A stretch of 60,000 nt of DNA from Callorhinchus milii. Lineage: Eukaryota. Under the pieces are notes generated by a model. That model was given only the letters and a program-made list of their open reading frames with translations. It did no database searches and was not told the origin of the DNA. Position numbers and translations under genes: made by a program. Positions 22,523-35,584 of this stretch are shown here, piece by piece; positions within the stretch are counted from its first letter, which is position 1; every line of letters starts with the position of its first letter. The stretch covers positions 41,418,001 through 41,478,000 of the forward strand of contig NW_024704742.1 of the NCBI RefSeq assembly GCF_018977255.1. The letters run 5' to 3'.

Positions 22523-25500
22523 CTATTTGAAACTTTAAGTGACTGAATGACAATCTTTGTTCCACAGATGATCGTTTTATCCTTTTCACTGCTGCCGCAT
22601 CTCCAGTCACACACATGTGCGCTTTTCGTTTCCCTGCAGTCTTCACAATTTCAGCATTTTCCTTTTGTGAGCTCTCTTCATCTACTGGGTTACTGCTGCT
22701 GCCCAACGACAGCAAGTGGTCACTGCCAACCTGAATAGGTACCGACTGCATTCTAGAAAAGTGCTTAATTTTATCAGATGATGGACTACTCGCCCCATTC
22801 TCATTACTGGATCTTGCTTTGTGCTCCTTCTTCCCTCTTCGTTCACATAAAGTTTGACTTCTGGGGTTGAAGTTGTGTGCTTCGAATGCATCAACAGCTG
22901 AGGGATTTACTTCACTGTATGCATCACTGTTTTCTTCAGTAGACTTCTGAAGATGACTTGAACTTTTAATATCAAATGAGTTATTTCTGGATGGCTGCCA
23001 AGCAGTTGCTACACTATAATTTCTGAAATGGCTCTGATCTAGAGAGTTGATCTTCCTTAGGAACACCCTGCACTCTTTAAAACTCCCAAGTTTCCAGTTA
23101 ACATTTGTTAAAGTGTCTTTTTGCTGCTCTTCCATAGCAAAGCCTCCTTGATCTGTGTTTTCTAGTTTTGTGGTTCTTTTGGATTTATGGTTGGTCATTA
23201 AGCCCATGTCCTGGACACTTGTACAACCAGATACACTAGCTCCTTTGTTATTGACAGAATTAAGTTTGTCTTGGTTTTCATTTTCTTTTTCATTGTTCAT
23301 TAGGACAGGCTCTCGTTCTGATCTAATGGTTTCAATTTTAAGATCAGGTTTTTGATTATTTTTAGTTTCTACAGTTTTTACTGAGTCAGGATTTAGATTT
23401 CTGCATCCTTGATTTTCATTTATTTGTTTCCAAACAGACTTCCACTGCTTGCAATGGACTCTGTGATTATGAGTCAATCCTGTACTTTGAAGTTTACAGG
23501 AAACCACATTGTTATGGTCAATCAAAAGCCTCCTTTTAGCTTTGAGCTTGCTCATTCTATTTGATAGACAAAATTGCCCTTGTGGTCTTATATCAGGTTC
23601 TAGTGCAAATTTTTTAAGGTGCTTTTTCAAATGTTCTGCCTGAGAGCTTGAACAGATGGCAATTTGATCGGCATCTGCTATAACTCCTTTAGCATTGAGA
23701 ACCTCAATAGGGTTCCGGGCATTATCTTTTCTTACAATGGATAAAGAATGTGTTTCTGTTGTTTGCATGAACCATGCCCGAATTTTATCCATATCACAAT
23801 TTCCCTGAAACAGCATTTGGATAGGAGAGATTTGATCCTCGTCATAACAGTCTTCAACTGATGTCCGTTTGGCTACAGTTTCCATTGGATCTGGGGGTCT
23901 TCCTTTGTCAGAACTAATAGTTAGTTCCTCAACATCAACGGGAAGCCAGCCATTATTAATCTTTTCAAATTGCGTATCAAGTTCTTCTAGTAAAGTTTGT
24001 TTGGAAGTGGAGTTATGCCACCACCTGAAAGAAGTGCTCGATATAAAAATGGGATCTGCTGATACTTCAGAAAAACAATTCAGTTCAGGTGCTTCAATCT
24101 TGCTTTCTTGCCCATTACTCCCTGTAGTAATATTTGGCAAGGTATTCTCAGATATCATTTTAATATTTAACTTCCTGTTTTTTGCAAGCTCATTACCTGC
24201 TTTATTTAAAAGCAGTTTCCGTGATTTACGCACCAAAGCACTACTTTGAGAAAATGAGCAGGAGTTTGCAAATGAATGTAGGCAGTGCAGAGATGGCTTT
24301 CTAATTCTAACTGAATGCCTCGAGGGTACGGCAGACTTCACTTTATTCTTTTGGTCATTTACTTTTGACATTGTTTCACAATCATTTTGTACTGTTGCCA
24401 CAGATTCTTTATGTAAATCAGGATCTTTCATCTCTGTATCTTTTGACACATTTTTAATTGGAAACTCTTGGTCTAAAGGAGGTAATATGCTGTTAATGTA
24501 GACTTTTCTTTCCTGAGGTGACACTAGATCAACAGTTACAGAAATACCCGAAATCTTCACTTTTGCAGGACGTCCAGGTTTTCGTTGTCCATTTTTAGAA
24601 ATTTTAATAGTTGTAGGCTTACTATTTGGACCAACTGCATTGCCAGTGTTGTGAAGTGAAAGAGTCTTATTTTTTATGGGTCTAACTAAATCATATCCGC
24701 ATTCACTTTCAGTCTGTGAAGGTGTCAAGCGATCAGTTTTGCTTTCCATTTCCTCTATAGTAGAGCTCTGTGCAAATTCCAAGCTTTCCAGTTGTTTCTC
24801 ACACGTTTGCTTCAAGTCACTTTCATTGATATTAAGTTGTGGAATTGTTACATTTCCATCATTCTCAGACACAAATCTTTTGAATCTTCTTGAACGTCCA
24901 TAGACTACTGTAATCCTAATATTCCGGTTGCAGACATCATCTCTGGAAGGTGGACATGAAAGATTGCAGTTTTCAGCATCTGGAGTTTCAGTTGTACAAT
25001 CAGCAGATTCAGATAACTCAACCTTAGGTTTAGGTGGTCTTCCCTTGGGGCGTTTAATCTGCTTTTCTACTGGAGGACCTAATTTTTTGGGACGACCCGG
25101 CTTTCGTTTTAAAACTAAATCACCCACTTCCTTTGAAACCTGTGTTATTTCCATGATCTGGTCAATAACCTTTTCAGCATCACATGTTAGAAGTGAATTA
25201 TCCAAGTCCTTCGAAACACCAGTTATTTCTACCACCTGGTCATGGTCAATAACTTCTTCAGAATCATGTTTTAGAACGGAATCACCTACGTCCTTTGAAA
25301 CCGTGGTTATTTGCACCTTCTGATGAATAATTTCTTTAGCATCATCTTTTAGAAGTGGATTATCTGTATCCTTTGAAACCTCACTTAATTCCGCCACCTG
25401 GAAATTATTTTTTACAAGACTGCTCGCACATAGAGAACTACTGGAACCCAACCTATCCATTTCAACATCATCATTTACTTCCCCATAGATTGTTTTAGAA

Positions 25501-28182
25501 CTCTCCAAAATACTCTGGAAACATTCAGCAGTATTAACATTTTCAGCAGATGAATGAGAATGATCTTCCTCTGGGGTTTTAATGAGCACTTCTTCAGAAC
25601 TAATTTTTGCAATGCAGCTGCCTGTGTCAAACTTTGTCAAAGTACTTACAGATGTCAGTGTGTATTTTACTCCTTGGTCACTGCTTACTTCTGAGAGAAA
25701 CATAAGCTTAACGGGACTGTTATAACTAATGAAAGAACAATTTTGGCCCAGGTCAGTTTTATTTGTAGAACTCGCAATCCCATGAATTGAACATGCACAA
25801 ACTTTAGAATGCTGACACTTCTGTTCCGATGAAGGATTTGCATTCAGACAATCATTTCCTAATATCAATTGAGAGGGAAATATATGGTTTGTTGGTTTAG
25901 ATTCAGAAATAGTAGTAAGTAATTCCTTTCTTTCTGTGTTCCTCAAAGGTGTACAGCTATCAGTATTTGAAATATTTTCTGAGTCATCCTTGGTACAATC
26001 ACTTAATTGAATAGGCTGCTCTAGGCTATTATGTTCCATAGAACCAATGGAGTCAGTATTTAGTGTTGTAGATGTGTTTTGCTTTTTGTCATCGTATTGA
26101 TCAAGAACTTGGCTTGGTTCTTGTAAAGAATGTAATACAGTTGCCTCAGGTGAGGTAAGTTCACTTGTATATTCTTTGTCATCTGTTAACTTTCCAATGT
26201 TATGATCATCTCTGTTCTTCCGGAGCTCAAAGCCTGCAGAAAATGGTGTATCTGAAATTCCAGTTACTTCACATGCAATGACAATGTCCTGGCCTTCTCT
26301 ATGTGACTCTTGGGTTTTGGAGACATCGGGGCTGCAAATTTCAGAAGCATTGCTTCCAGACTCTACACCAGATCGTTTTGTTTTAATTGATTTTCGTTGG
26401 AAATTTTCTGAAAAGGAGGCAGCATAGAACATTTTTCTAGGCTCAGTAATGTAAATGGAAAATCTTTCCGGAGGGAGAACATTTCTTTTTGCCCTAACAA
26501 TGCTAGGTGTATAATTCATTCCCTCAGAGTTCTGTGTGTCTTCAAATCTCTCACTTTCTGTACAGTCATGCTCAAATATTGAAATCTCAGTCTTCTTCCT
26601 TGGAGTTTCCACATATTTTTCATGAGGTTCAGAGGTGTTTGACTGCTCTGGGTAATCAAAAGAATTACAACTGTCTTCTGATAAATTTGACCATTCTGTT
26701 ATATCTCTAACTTCACATTCTACTCCTTCCCCAGGCGAGAACTTCGAGTCAGCGAAGGAAGCTATTTCACATTGCAAGGGTGGAAAGTTGTTAAAACCGG
26801 TATTCATGCTGGGAATATTTTGTAAATCAGGGTCTATTGAATCTTCAGCAACTTCATCACCAAGAAAGGAATATTCGGCTTCTGGTGAACTTGGATTCTT
26901 TATGAGGCTCTTTGCTGATCTCTTCCCACATTTGTCAGATGTTGACTTCTTCCTTAAAAAGAGCTGATCTAGATTTGCAAGATCTCGTTTTATTTGCACT
27001 GTTTGACGACGAGATGATGGAGAATCTGGAGAGTTATGAAGAGCAATTAGAGTTTCTTGACGTTTCCGGAAACGGGTTTGAATTATTCGGTTTTCCTCGT
27101 GCTGTTTGAGTAATTCCATTAGGCTATAATCACTGACCTTTGCCTCGTGGAGTAAAGCAGTTACAATTTCTCTCAATTTAACACTGTCATTATTTTCCTG
27201 ATAGGAATCAATGTTGGATGGGTTAGTCAGACTTTGACCTTTGTCTGAAGTTTCTATTGATTTCAGTTTTTCATTTATTCGCTCCATTAGCTCTTGAAAT
27301 GAAACAGAATTTTCACCTTTTTCAATATCATTTTCAGACTCAGATGATCTACTATTTTCACCATCGACTTCCTGAAATTCTTCTAGGTGTGCTTTGCTTG
27401 AAGTCTGACTAGACATCAGTGAGCTGCAGTCCCCCTCTTCTTCTGGAGAAAGAGAGGGGGGTTGGGTGATATTACATTCAATGCTATTAGCATCAAAGGC
27501 TGAAATGTACGTATTCATTCCAGTTTCAGACCCGTCTGCTCTCACTGGTGACAAAGGTGGAGGGGATGGACTTCGTGCTCTGCTGTAATCTTTGATATTG
27601 TATACTACTGTAGAAACATCTGCTGCTTCCGTATCAGGAGTAGGGATCTCTTCAACTACAAAGTCACTGGAGGTTTGAATTGTAGCTCTTTCATCATTTA
27701 TACATCCAGGAAAACCTTCAAAAGATCCAGGGTAAACTTGGTATAGACTGCTCTTGTGACACTCTTTGCAAACTCCATTACTTATTATCGTAAAACATCC
27801 AAGATACCTTTTTTTGCATGATAAACAATGTGGATCTTTTATACAACTGCAGTGTGGCATCTGTGGAAAAGAAATGGATTGTACAGTTTGCAAGGAGCTT
27901 TTATGCCATAGGAATCCATTAGAGCTGCAGAATTCCTCATATGCCTTGTTTTCGAAGAAAGAAACTGAGGAATTTTTCCACTGTGAATGTCTTTGATGTC
28001 TGCATTGCACATCAGAAATACCTTTTTCTTGCAGTAGACACTTTAGCATTGTGGTAAGAAGTCTCTGATGGTTAGGGCACAGGGTAGACACAATTTCATT
28101 CAATGCAGTTAGTTTGTTGTTTATGTAACTAGTTTCTCGAGTAGAGTTGAACATTGCCTCTGTATCAGCTCCCAGCTCAGAA
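22523..28182 (-). CDS. LCORL: LCORL giant alternative exon, PALI2-type (AT-hooks; PIP/DUF4553 PRC2-interacting region), 1886 full codons
   Basis: Lies within the stop-free 1956-aa ORF 22329..28199. Acceptor tttttttttaacag at 28183, phase 2, matching the donor of exon 49207; donor ATAG|gtaag at 22522. Motifs KPGRPKK, KGRPPK, KPGRPAK, FRWW, SPIQMLFQ, WFMQTTET, HLKKHLKKF. Confidence 0.9.
25107..25400 (-). repeat. Coding tandem repeat, about 3.7 units of 78-84 bp, inside the PALI2 exon
   Basis: Anchor cct(t/c)gaaac-type motif at 25130, 25208, 25292 and 25370 (spacing 78/84/78). Peptide unit approximately QxxEITxVSKDxxDxxLKxDAEEVID. Confidence 0.85.
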
Positions 28183-29454
28183 CTGTTAAAAAAAAACATG
28201 CTAAAGTAAGAAGATTAAAATAATCCAAACAATGAAATAATCAAAATATATCCTAAGAATCAAAAACAAGCAAAAACTGATAAGGTAAAAATATGGTTGC
28301 TTGCACACTCTTTTGATATAATATGAACACTTTTACAAATTTTTCTTTAAAGGTATATTAACTTACAAAAATAATACTCAAAAAGCATAAAAGATACAGT
28401 ATTGAGTGAACAGTCTCCTTTTGAGTTGAAATTTCTTTGATTCTATTTCCAAATCTTGATTGATATGGAAAGCATAACAAGGAAAACCAACATTAATAAT
28501 ACTTGCATTTGATACAGCACCTTATCACGTTGTTGAGACTTCTCAAATTGCTTCTCAGGATATGCTGTAAAGTGGGTTGACTATGTATTTTTGTGAGGTA
28601 AACACAGCAGCCAATTGTGCACAGAAACATCACACAAACAGCCATGGAGTGAGATCTCTATTTACAACAATATGAGTTTGGAGGAAAAATTTGGTATGGC
28701 CAAATTACATTTAACAAATGGCATCAAACTCCAGAAATTCAAATCAGTTAATCCAGGATTATATATAAAACATTTTTTATGTTGAATTAACATCTTTTGC
28801 TACGTACTTTAAGTGACTAATGAACTTTTACATTTGTTTCAATAAGCTCTTTGAGAAGTCTCAACAACGTGATAAGGCGCTATATCAAATACAAGGATTA
28901 TTATTATATTATAAAACAAAAATGCACAAACATACATTACTTGCCATATGGCCTTCACAAACTGTAACTAAAATGCTCATACTTAATAATCTCATCAGAT
29001 CACCCCGAACAGCAATTTACATTAATCAATTACATTTCAATTTTATGAGAATGTATAATGGTAATCCAAGGCACTCACCTCCTTTTGAGTATGTTGCCTT
29101 GAAACTTTATCCTTTGCATTAGAACTGCAAGGTATTAACCAAGTAGTTCTGCAGCATGGAAGGGGGTTAAAGAAAACACTGTTAAAACTGAAATGCCTTA
29201 GAATACCATTACAATTTATTTGAACTATATTTTCTCATATTTTGGATGATAATCAATTGGTAGGTTGGCTCTAAATGTTGTGCCACTATCAGATTAATTT
29301 TGTAGATATTTGATGATGACGCATGGTTACTTGGAAACATTGATATCCATGGTGTGCGAATGCATTTTCAGAATTAAACATTTTCTGTTGGTCAGGAGTG
29401 ACATAATAAATGCAGTTCTACTTTACACGAATGACAACTGTGTTTGATCAGGGC

Positions 29455-30020
29455 TGCATCTGGTTTCTCATTCACTCAGCTTTCCTGCACCACCGCAACA
29501 TCACCTGCCTCTGGCTCTACCTCTCTTCCCTGGCTGCCGAGACCATTATCCACGCTTTCATCATGTCCAAGCTCAATTATTCCAATGGCTAATTTGCGGT
29601 TCTTCCCTACACAAGATGAGGACCATCCAGAACTTTGCAGCCTCTGGCCTCTCCTGCACCAGGGTTCATTACCCCTATTCTCATTCTCACAACAATATGA
29701 GTTTGGAGGGAAGATTTGGCATGCCCAACTTACATTTAATGGCTGGCTCCCCATTCCCCAGCAGATTGAATTCAAGATCCTGTTCAAATTCTACCACAGC
29801 CTCACCCCACCGGTGCAACCTCCTCTAACCCTGCCGCTCCCTCTCTTCAGCTAACAATGGCCTGCTTCATGTCCCCCCACCCGATCTGCCCAACCACCAG
29901 TGGGTGAGCACTCAGCCATTCTCTGGCACTACAACGCTGAGTCGCTCCCCGTTGGCGATTCCCTCCGCAATTTAAGATTCAGCTTTTCAACTGCACTTTT
30001 GATCATCCCGCCTGACCCCA
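29455..30020 (+). mobile_element. Degenerate L2 3' fragment
   Basis: AAETIIHAFIMSKLNYSN and WLPIPQQIEFKIL peptides. Confidence 0.8.
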
Positions 30021-33000
30021 CCCCTGGCAAAGCAGCCCACTGCTAGAATTAAAAATGTAGTTAATCAATATTGGTTATATTGTACCCCATTAATACTCGA
30101 GAAACATTTCCATTGTATTTCTTCCCCTTTAGATTTTTGTTCAGAATTCATGTGCGTTAAGTTTTGTGATATCTGCTGTATCAACCGATGATGTCATTAC
30201 GAATAGGGAATCTAATTTCTTAGCCACACAAGACAAATTTACATTTACACAGTGCTATCCCACTTAACAGTACTACTGGCTAGACAACCTTGCTGGGGGC
30301 GGAAGACGAGCGGGGTAGGGTCTGGAAAGATGGCTGAAAGCACAGTCAAATGGGTAGAGTTATTGAGTCGATCTTGAGCCGAGGTCCTGCGTTTAGCAAT
30401 TTTTGTGTGGTCATCCAAGTTTAGGGATGTGTGTGGTGGACAGCAGAACCGTTTTTTGTAGTTGGGCGGCAACAAACACTTTTGGGTTTGGTACATTTTG
30501 AATTGAGAGTAAAGTTCCTGTTATACTTATTTTATATCCATCTAGGAATGTCAATGCTGGAAATCGAACATTGTTTGAATTCAGACACTTACTTGTTAGC
30601 ATAGCCTCAGGTTGAGAAGCTAAAATAGCGATTCAAACATTTGCCAATTAGTTTTTATTGATGTATTATTTCTGGCATTATAGTGGATTTCGCAGACTGT
30701 GGCATGTGTTGTGCGAGAAGTGCTATTTAATGCTATTTTACATAACAATAAATGATTTAATATCACAGTAGTTTGTGATATGAAAAAAACGTTTTAATGA
30801 ATGTTTCACTATTTCAACAAATTGAACATCATTCATCTAACCCAAGCCACTATTTGTAAAAAAAAATTAATGTTCAGTTGTACTTTCCAGTAGTGGTCAT
30901 TGGATAGTGATCAGTAGTTGTAATCCTAGTCATGGTTAGTTCCTTCCCTTCTCTCCCACCTCTTCCATGGCTCAAGCAGAGACCTGTGCTGACTACTCTG
31001 AAATCAAATGACTTTCCTGGTTTCAATGCTTCCACATAAACGCAAACGATTATTATTTTCAATTAATAATACTAATCCTTACATTCGATATTGTGACTTT
31101 CATGTCGGAAGGATGTCTCAAAGTATTTCACAGGTTATACTGCAAAGTCTAGTGACTGTGTATTTCGTAGGTTAACACCACAGCCAATTATGTCCCACAA
31201 ACAGCCATGGAGTGTCCAATTTTATTTACGAGATTGTTGGCCAGGATACTGGGAGAAACTCTCATCTTTCAGGTAGTGCCATGGAATAATAATAATTCGG
31301 CAATCCTTACATTTGTTATAGCAGCTTTCATGCAGGATGTCACAAAGCATTTCACAGGATATACTATAAAGTGCAGTGACTATGTTTTTTAGGGGGATAT
31401 GTAACATCCACCTCAGGCCACCGAGACCTCAGTTTAACATCTCATCCAAAAGATGACAATGCTCTGAACCATCAGCTTCTGACTACCAGCACTACACTAA
31501 AGTGCATGCCTAGACTATACAAGTTCAAAGTCATGACATGGAGTTGAGTTTGAACCCACAGCTTGCTGTCTCAGAGGTGAGAATGCTACCCACAGAGCCA
31601 GACTAAAACACAACTGCATACAGTAAATTCCATTCAGGGAGAGGATTCAATCTGGGTTATAAAATGAAACATCAAAGAATTAAGCGTCCCAATGTACACA
31701 TTGGATGGAGTACTTCACATCAACCTCTACTCTACCTCTTGGCAAAGACATCCTAATATCAATTAGATCTCAATAACAGAGGATCAGGGCAACTCCGACA
31801 TGCATCCAACTATTAGCTAATCAAGTATCCCTAAAGTATACAATTCCTGATAACTCTCACTAGGCAAGCATTTTTAAGGTATAACTGAAATAGTTTATTG
31901 GAAACTGTCATAGATAGTATAGGTGATTTAAGGGGAAGCAAGATAGGTACATAAGGGAGAAAGGAATAGAAGGTTATGCTGATTAGTTGAGGAAGAGCAG
32001 GAAGCATAAACACCGGCATAGACCAGATGGGCCGAATGGCCTGCTTCTAGCTGTATATTCTCTGTAATTCAATGTCAACTGATCTGGACCCAATCCATTC
32101 ATCATTACTCCTGTCTTGTAAGATCTAAAACCTAGAACAATTAAGGCTTGTTTTTGGTGATACTTATTTTATTCATCAAGGGATACGTAATATTTTGGGA
32201 ATATAATATTGTTTTCTATTTCAGGGACCCACCGTTTGCATTAAGCAATCCCAGGTAAGATATAACAATTGCACAGTAATGATCTATTTAGTTTGCCAAC
32301 AATATTCTGTAGTCCCAAACTTTGATAAACAATTGTACTGTACTTCTGTGGCGTTCCATAATAAATATCACTACCTATGACTTGTTGGAATGAACCCGCC
32401 AATTTAGGTCATATGAGCACCAAATTAGGGCAATTTTGCAGAGACACAACAGGAACCCAGGTCCAGATGTGAAAGGACATGACACTAATTAATTATGCCA
32501 CTCAGCTACTTAAATTCACGTTTGCATTTTGATAAATTTGTATCCAAATTTCTCCAAAATTAAATGGTTATATAATGTCCATCACACACAAAAAATGGCA
32601 TGAATTAGTAAAGGGAAAAGACCTTCCTTATATATAGTTTACAATCAGAAGCCCTGATACTGAAGTTGCATTTAACCAAACGTTAACCAGACATTTTTCT
32701 TCCATTTGAATGGTTAATACGACATATTAATCCATCAATAAAACAAATATTGCTCCAGATATTCTCTCCTGTTTGTGTTGCATTACATGATGAGTTATCA
32801 CATACAATGTAAAGAGCCATGCCAACCTGTGCCTTTTAAGATGACCTTATTATGGTTACCTACAGAATCTCTAAATAAAGCAATCAGTTGAACACTGACC
32901 AACAATTAAAATGCATTTGGAGAATTCACAAGCTAAACTGCTGAAGCAGCAAGTGATAAATGGAGAGCTAATTGCATGATATTCCTTTCAGAGCAATCCT

Positions 33001-35560
33001 AATAAATTAATATGGCTGATATCAAAATGAGAATGACCGAAAGACAGAACAGAAGTTTCAGAAGCATTATGCATATACCGTATTTCTTTTGCAAGTGGGC
33101 TGCAAATTACAATGTTCTTGGTACTTACAGTACTTTATGATAACTAGATAAAAAAGACAACTTGGTCANTTTTTTAAACTAGTTTTTAAATTTTATGTGC
33201 AAAAGCATCAAAGTGCTTTACTACAAATTACAACCTATAAACACAATAATTGAAACAGCTGAAATCTGTACAATCAGATTGAGGATTATTAAACAACACA
33301 TCATAGGAAAACAGAATCACAGTAATGTTTAACACCACAAGACACATTGTCCAGATACATTGTTTTCATTAGAAAATATTGTAATAAATAATTCATGAAT
33401 ATAGTGCAATTGATTTATGCATAAATATAACTAATCATCTAAAATCAGTTTTATGTTAACCAATTTTGAAAATCAAGGCAGCCACAGAGTTTAGCTATAT
33501 TACTGTGATAATGGAAATACTGTACTGCAATTTGAAAACAAAGTGATAAGTCTGTACTTCTTACTGTAAACTTCAACTAAATATCAGTTTTTACTAAAAG
33601 TAATACACAATATAAAATTTCCCCATTATCTATCAGAAAATGGTTTTAAACAACTTTACTGAGCAGAAATTCTAAAAACAGAGGCACTGTTTGTAATACA
33701 AAATTTTTCCAGAAACATTCGTTAAGTACTAAGTAGGTATGTCACAATATTAAAAACATCTTTAATCATGATTATGAAAACTGACAGTGGCGAAAATAGT
33801 TAAATAATTGAAGTTTCATAAATCTGTGTTCTTACTAATAGATTTAAATTATATGTTCCATGCCATTTATGAAAGGTACCCCAAAAACTACCCCAAAAAG
33901 AAAAATAGAAATTTGTTGCCATTTCAGTTAAAAGGATTTTCACCTAAAACACCAGTGGATCTGAGAATTAGAATTCAATAATTTAAAAAAAAAATCTTAT
34001 TTCAAATGGTGCATTTTCTTCTTTGAAAATACTTCCTCATCATCGTTTAGATTTTTGAATTTCCTTAATCTCTTGTTCTAAGGGTAAAACTTCAAAAAGA
34101 AAAAGCCATTACAACTTTTGAACACAACAAAATACTTTTTCTGTTGCATTATTCGGATTACTAATAGTTCCACATCACAATTGGAGATGAGGAACGAGAT
34201 AATTATGATTAAGGACTTTACGTGATTATTATAATATTGAGACATCCCTCGTACTACGTTAGAATCATATTTTGTAGGACTTGCTCAAGCCTATTTTTTT
34301 CTTTCTTAAACTAGCCAAATTCTGAAAGTTACTAAATTGAACCATGATTTTCATGGTAGGTTAACAGAATGCTACCATAATTACACTGCCAAAATCAAGT
34401 CACTGGCAGAGCAAGCCCAGTCTTTATAGTATATATAATTGTTAATGGTTTCCCCCCCAAAAATTACAACACTGGATAACTTCATCTAATCCTTACAATT
34501 CAAACTTTTCAACTTCATTTCAGAAACTTCAGTGTGAACTACAAAGGCGAGAGCTTAAACACAAATTCACATGAACATTAAACACAAAATTCTGCTTGTT
34601 CCAAGTAACAGAATTGAGGAAAGTGGATCACGAGCAACAAAAAGATTTAAAACTATTCAAAGCTTTTCATTCTTATTTAAACCCTACCGAAAACCTGAAT
34701 TCAAAAGGTTTTTGCTGTGAACCCCATGCTAAGAGTAGCTTTTCATTTTGGTACTCACAGAATGAGATAATGTATATGGACATTGAAATCAGAAATGCTG
34801 GGATTACCTTTTAAATGAGGAGAAATTCCATCTTTGACAAAAACACAATTAACTTAGCAGCAGTTAAGTTTACAGTTAGCAGAGATCTGCCTTGGGAGTG
34901 TGAGAAATTGCAAACTCGTTAGAACATACTACAGCTACAGCTTTTCATTAAATACAGACTAACCAGAACATAACAATGAACTATCCCTCAAGCTTATTCT
35001 GTGCATTTTATGCATCATGCTCTATACAGTGCTCCAACAGTAGTCATTTCTTTCACAACCACAACTTATTTTTTTAATTAAAACTAAGTATTTTTACATT
35101 TTCATTTGGGGTTTCTTCCCCTCTCCTGCTCCCAAATGTACACTGGGAAGTACAACATTTTATTATTCTATTCCTAAATAATTACAGGTACCCAAATGTT
35201 GACAGCGAACCAAAAATTTAGAACTAACCATTTTGCCAAATATGGACACACTGGAGTTCCAATGTGCTAAATTAATGGCAGTGTTGTGTGTGTATATATG
35301 TACGGGTGGGATATGAAAACAGTTCAGTGAATTGCCAATTTTAGTCACTCTATGTGAGTCACCAAAACAGAGGTCAGGTGCCTTCACACAAGGGAAGGAA
35401 ACATCAAATGTGTCTTCCCCTGGAAACTCAAAATTCTCAAGATGACTCCTGATAGGTACTATATGGGTAGAGACTTGGAAACAGGTTGCATGCTATCACA
35501 GTACAACTGCTGCATGAGCTGGGGAGAAGAGAGGGAAAATATATCCCCCTTCACATATAA

Positions 35561-35584
35561 AATAAATAAATAAATAAATAAATA
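35561..35584 (-). repeat. (TAAA)n microsatellite, reading as overlapping ATTTA on the LCORL strand
   Basis: aataaataaataaataaataaata on +. Confidence 0.8.

Noticed and set aside
25107..25400. Regularly spaced repeats as a CRISPR-like array
   Set aside because: The whole unit is homologous, in frame and coding, in a eukaryotic exon; there are no unique spacers or cas genes.
22547..27996. Plus-strand ORFs of 60-130 aa antisense to the PALI2 exon
   Set aside because: Expected shadow ORFs opposite a long coding frame, with no independent signals.
22329..28199. The 1956-aa ORF as a stand-alone single-exon gene starting MFFFNS
   Set aside because: The ATG-FFF lies in the polypyrimidine tract of a splice acceptor that is in phase with the upstream LCORL exon.
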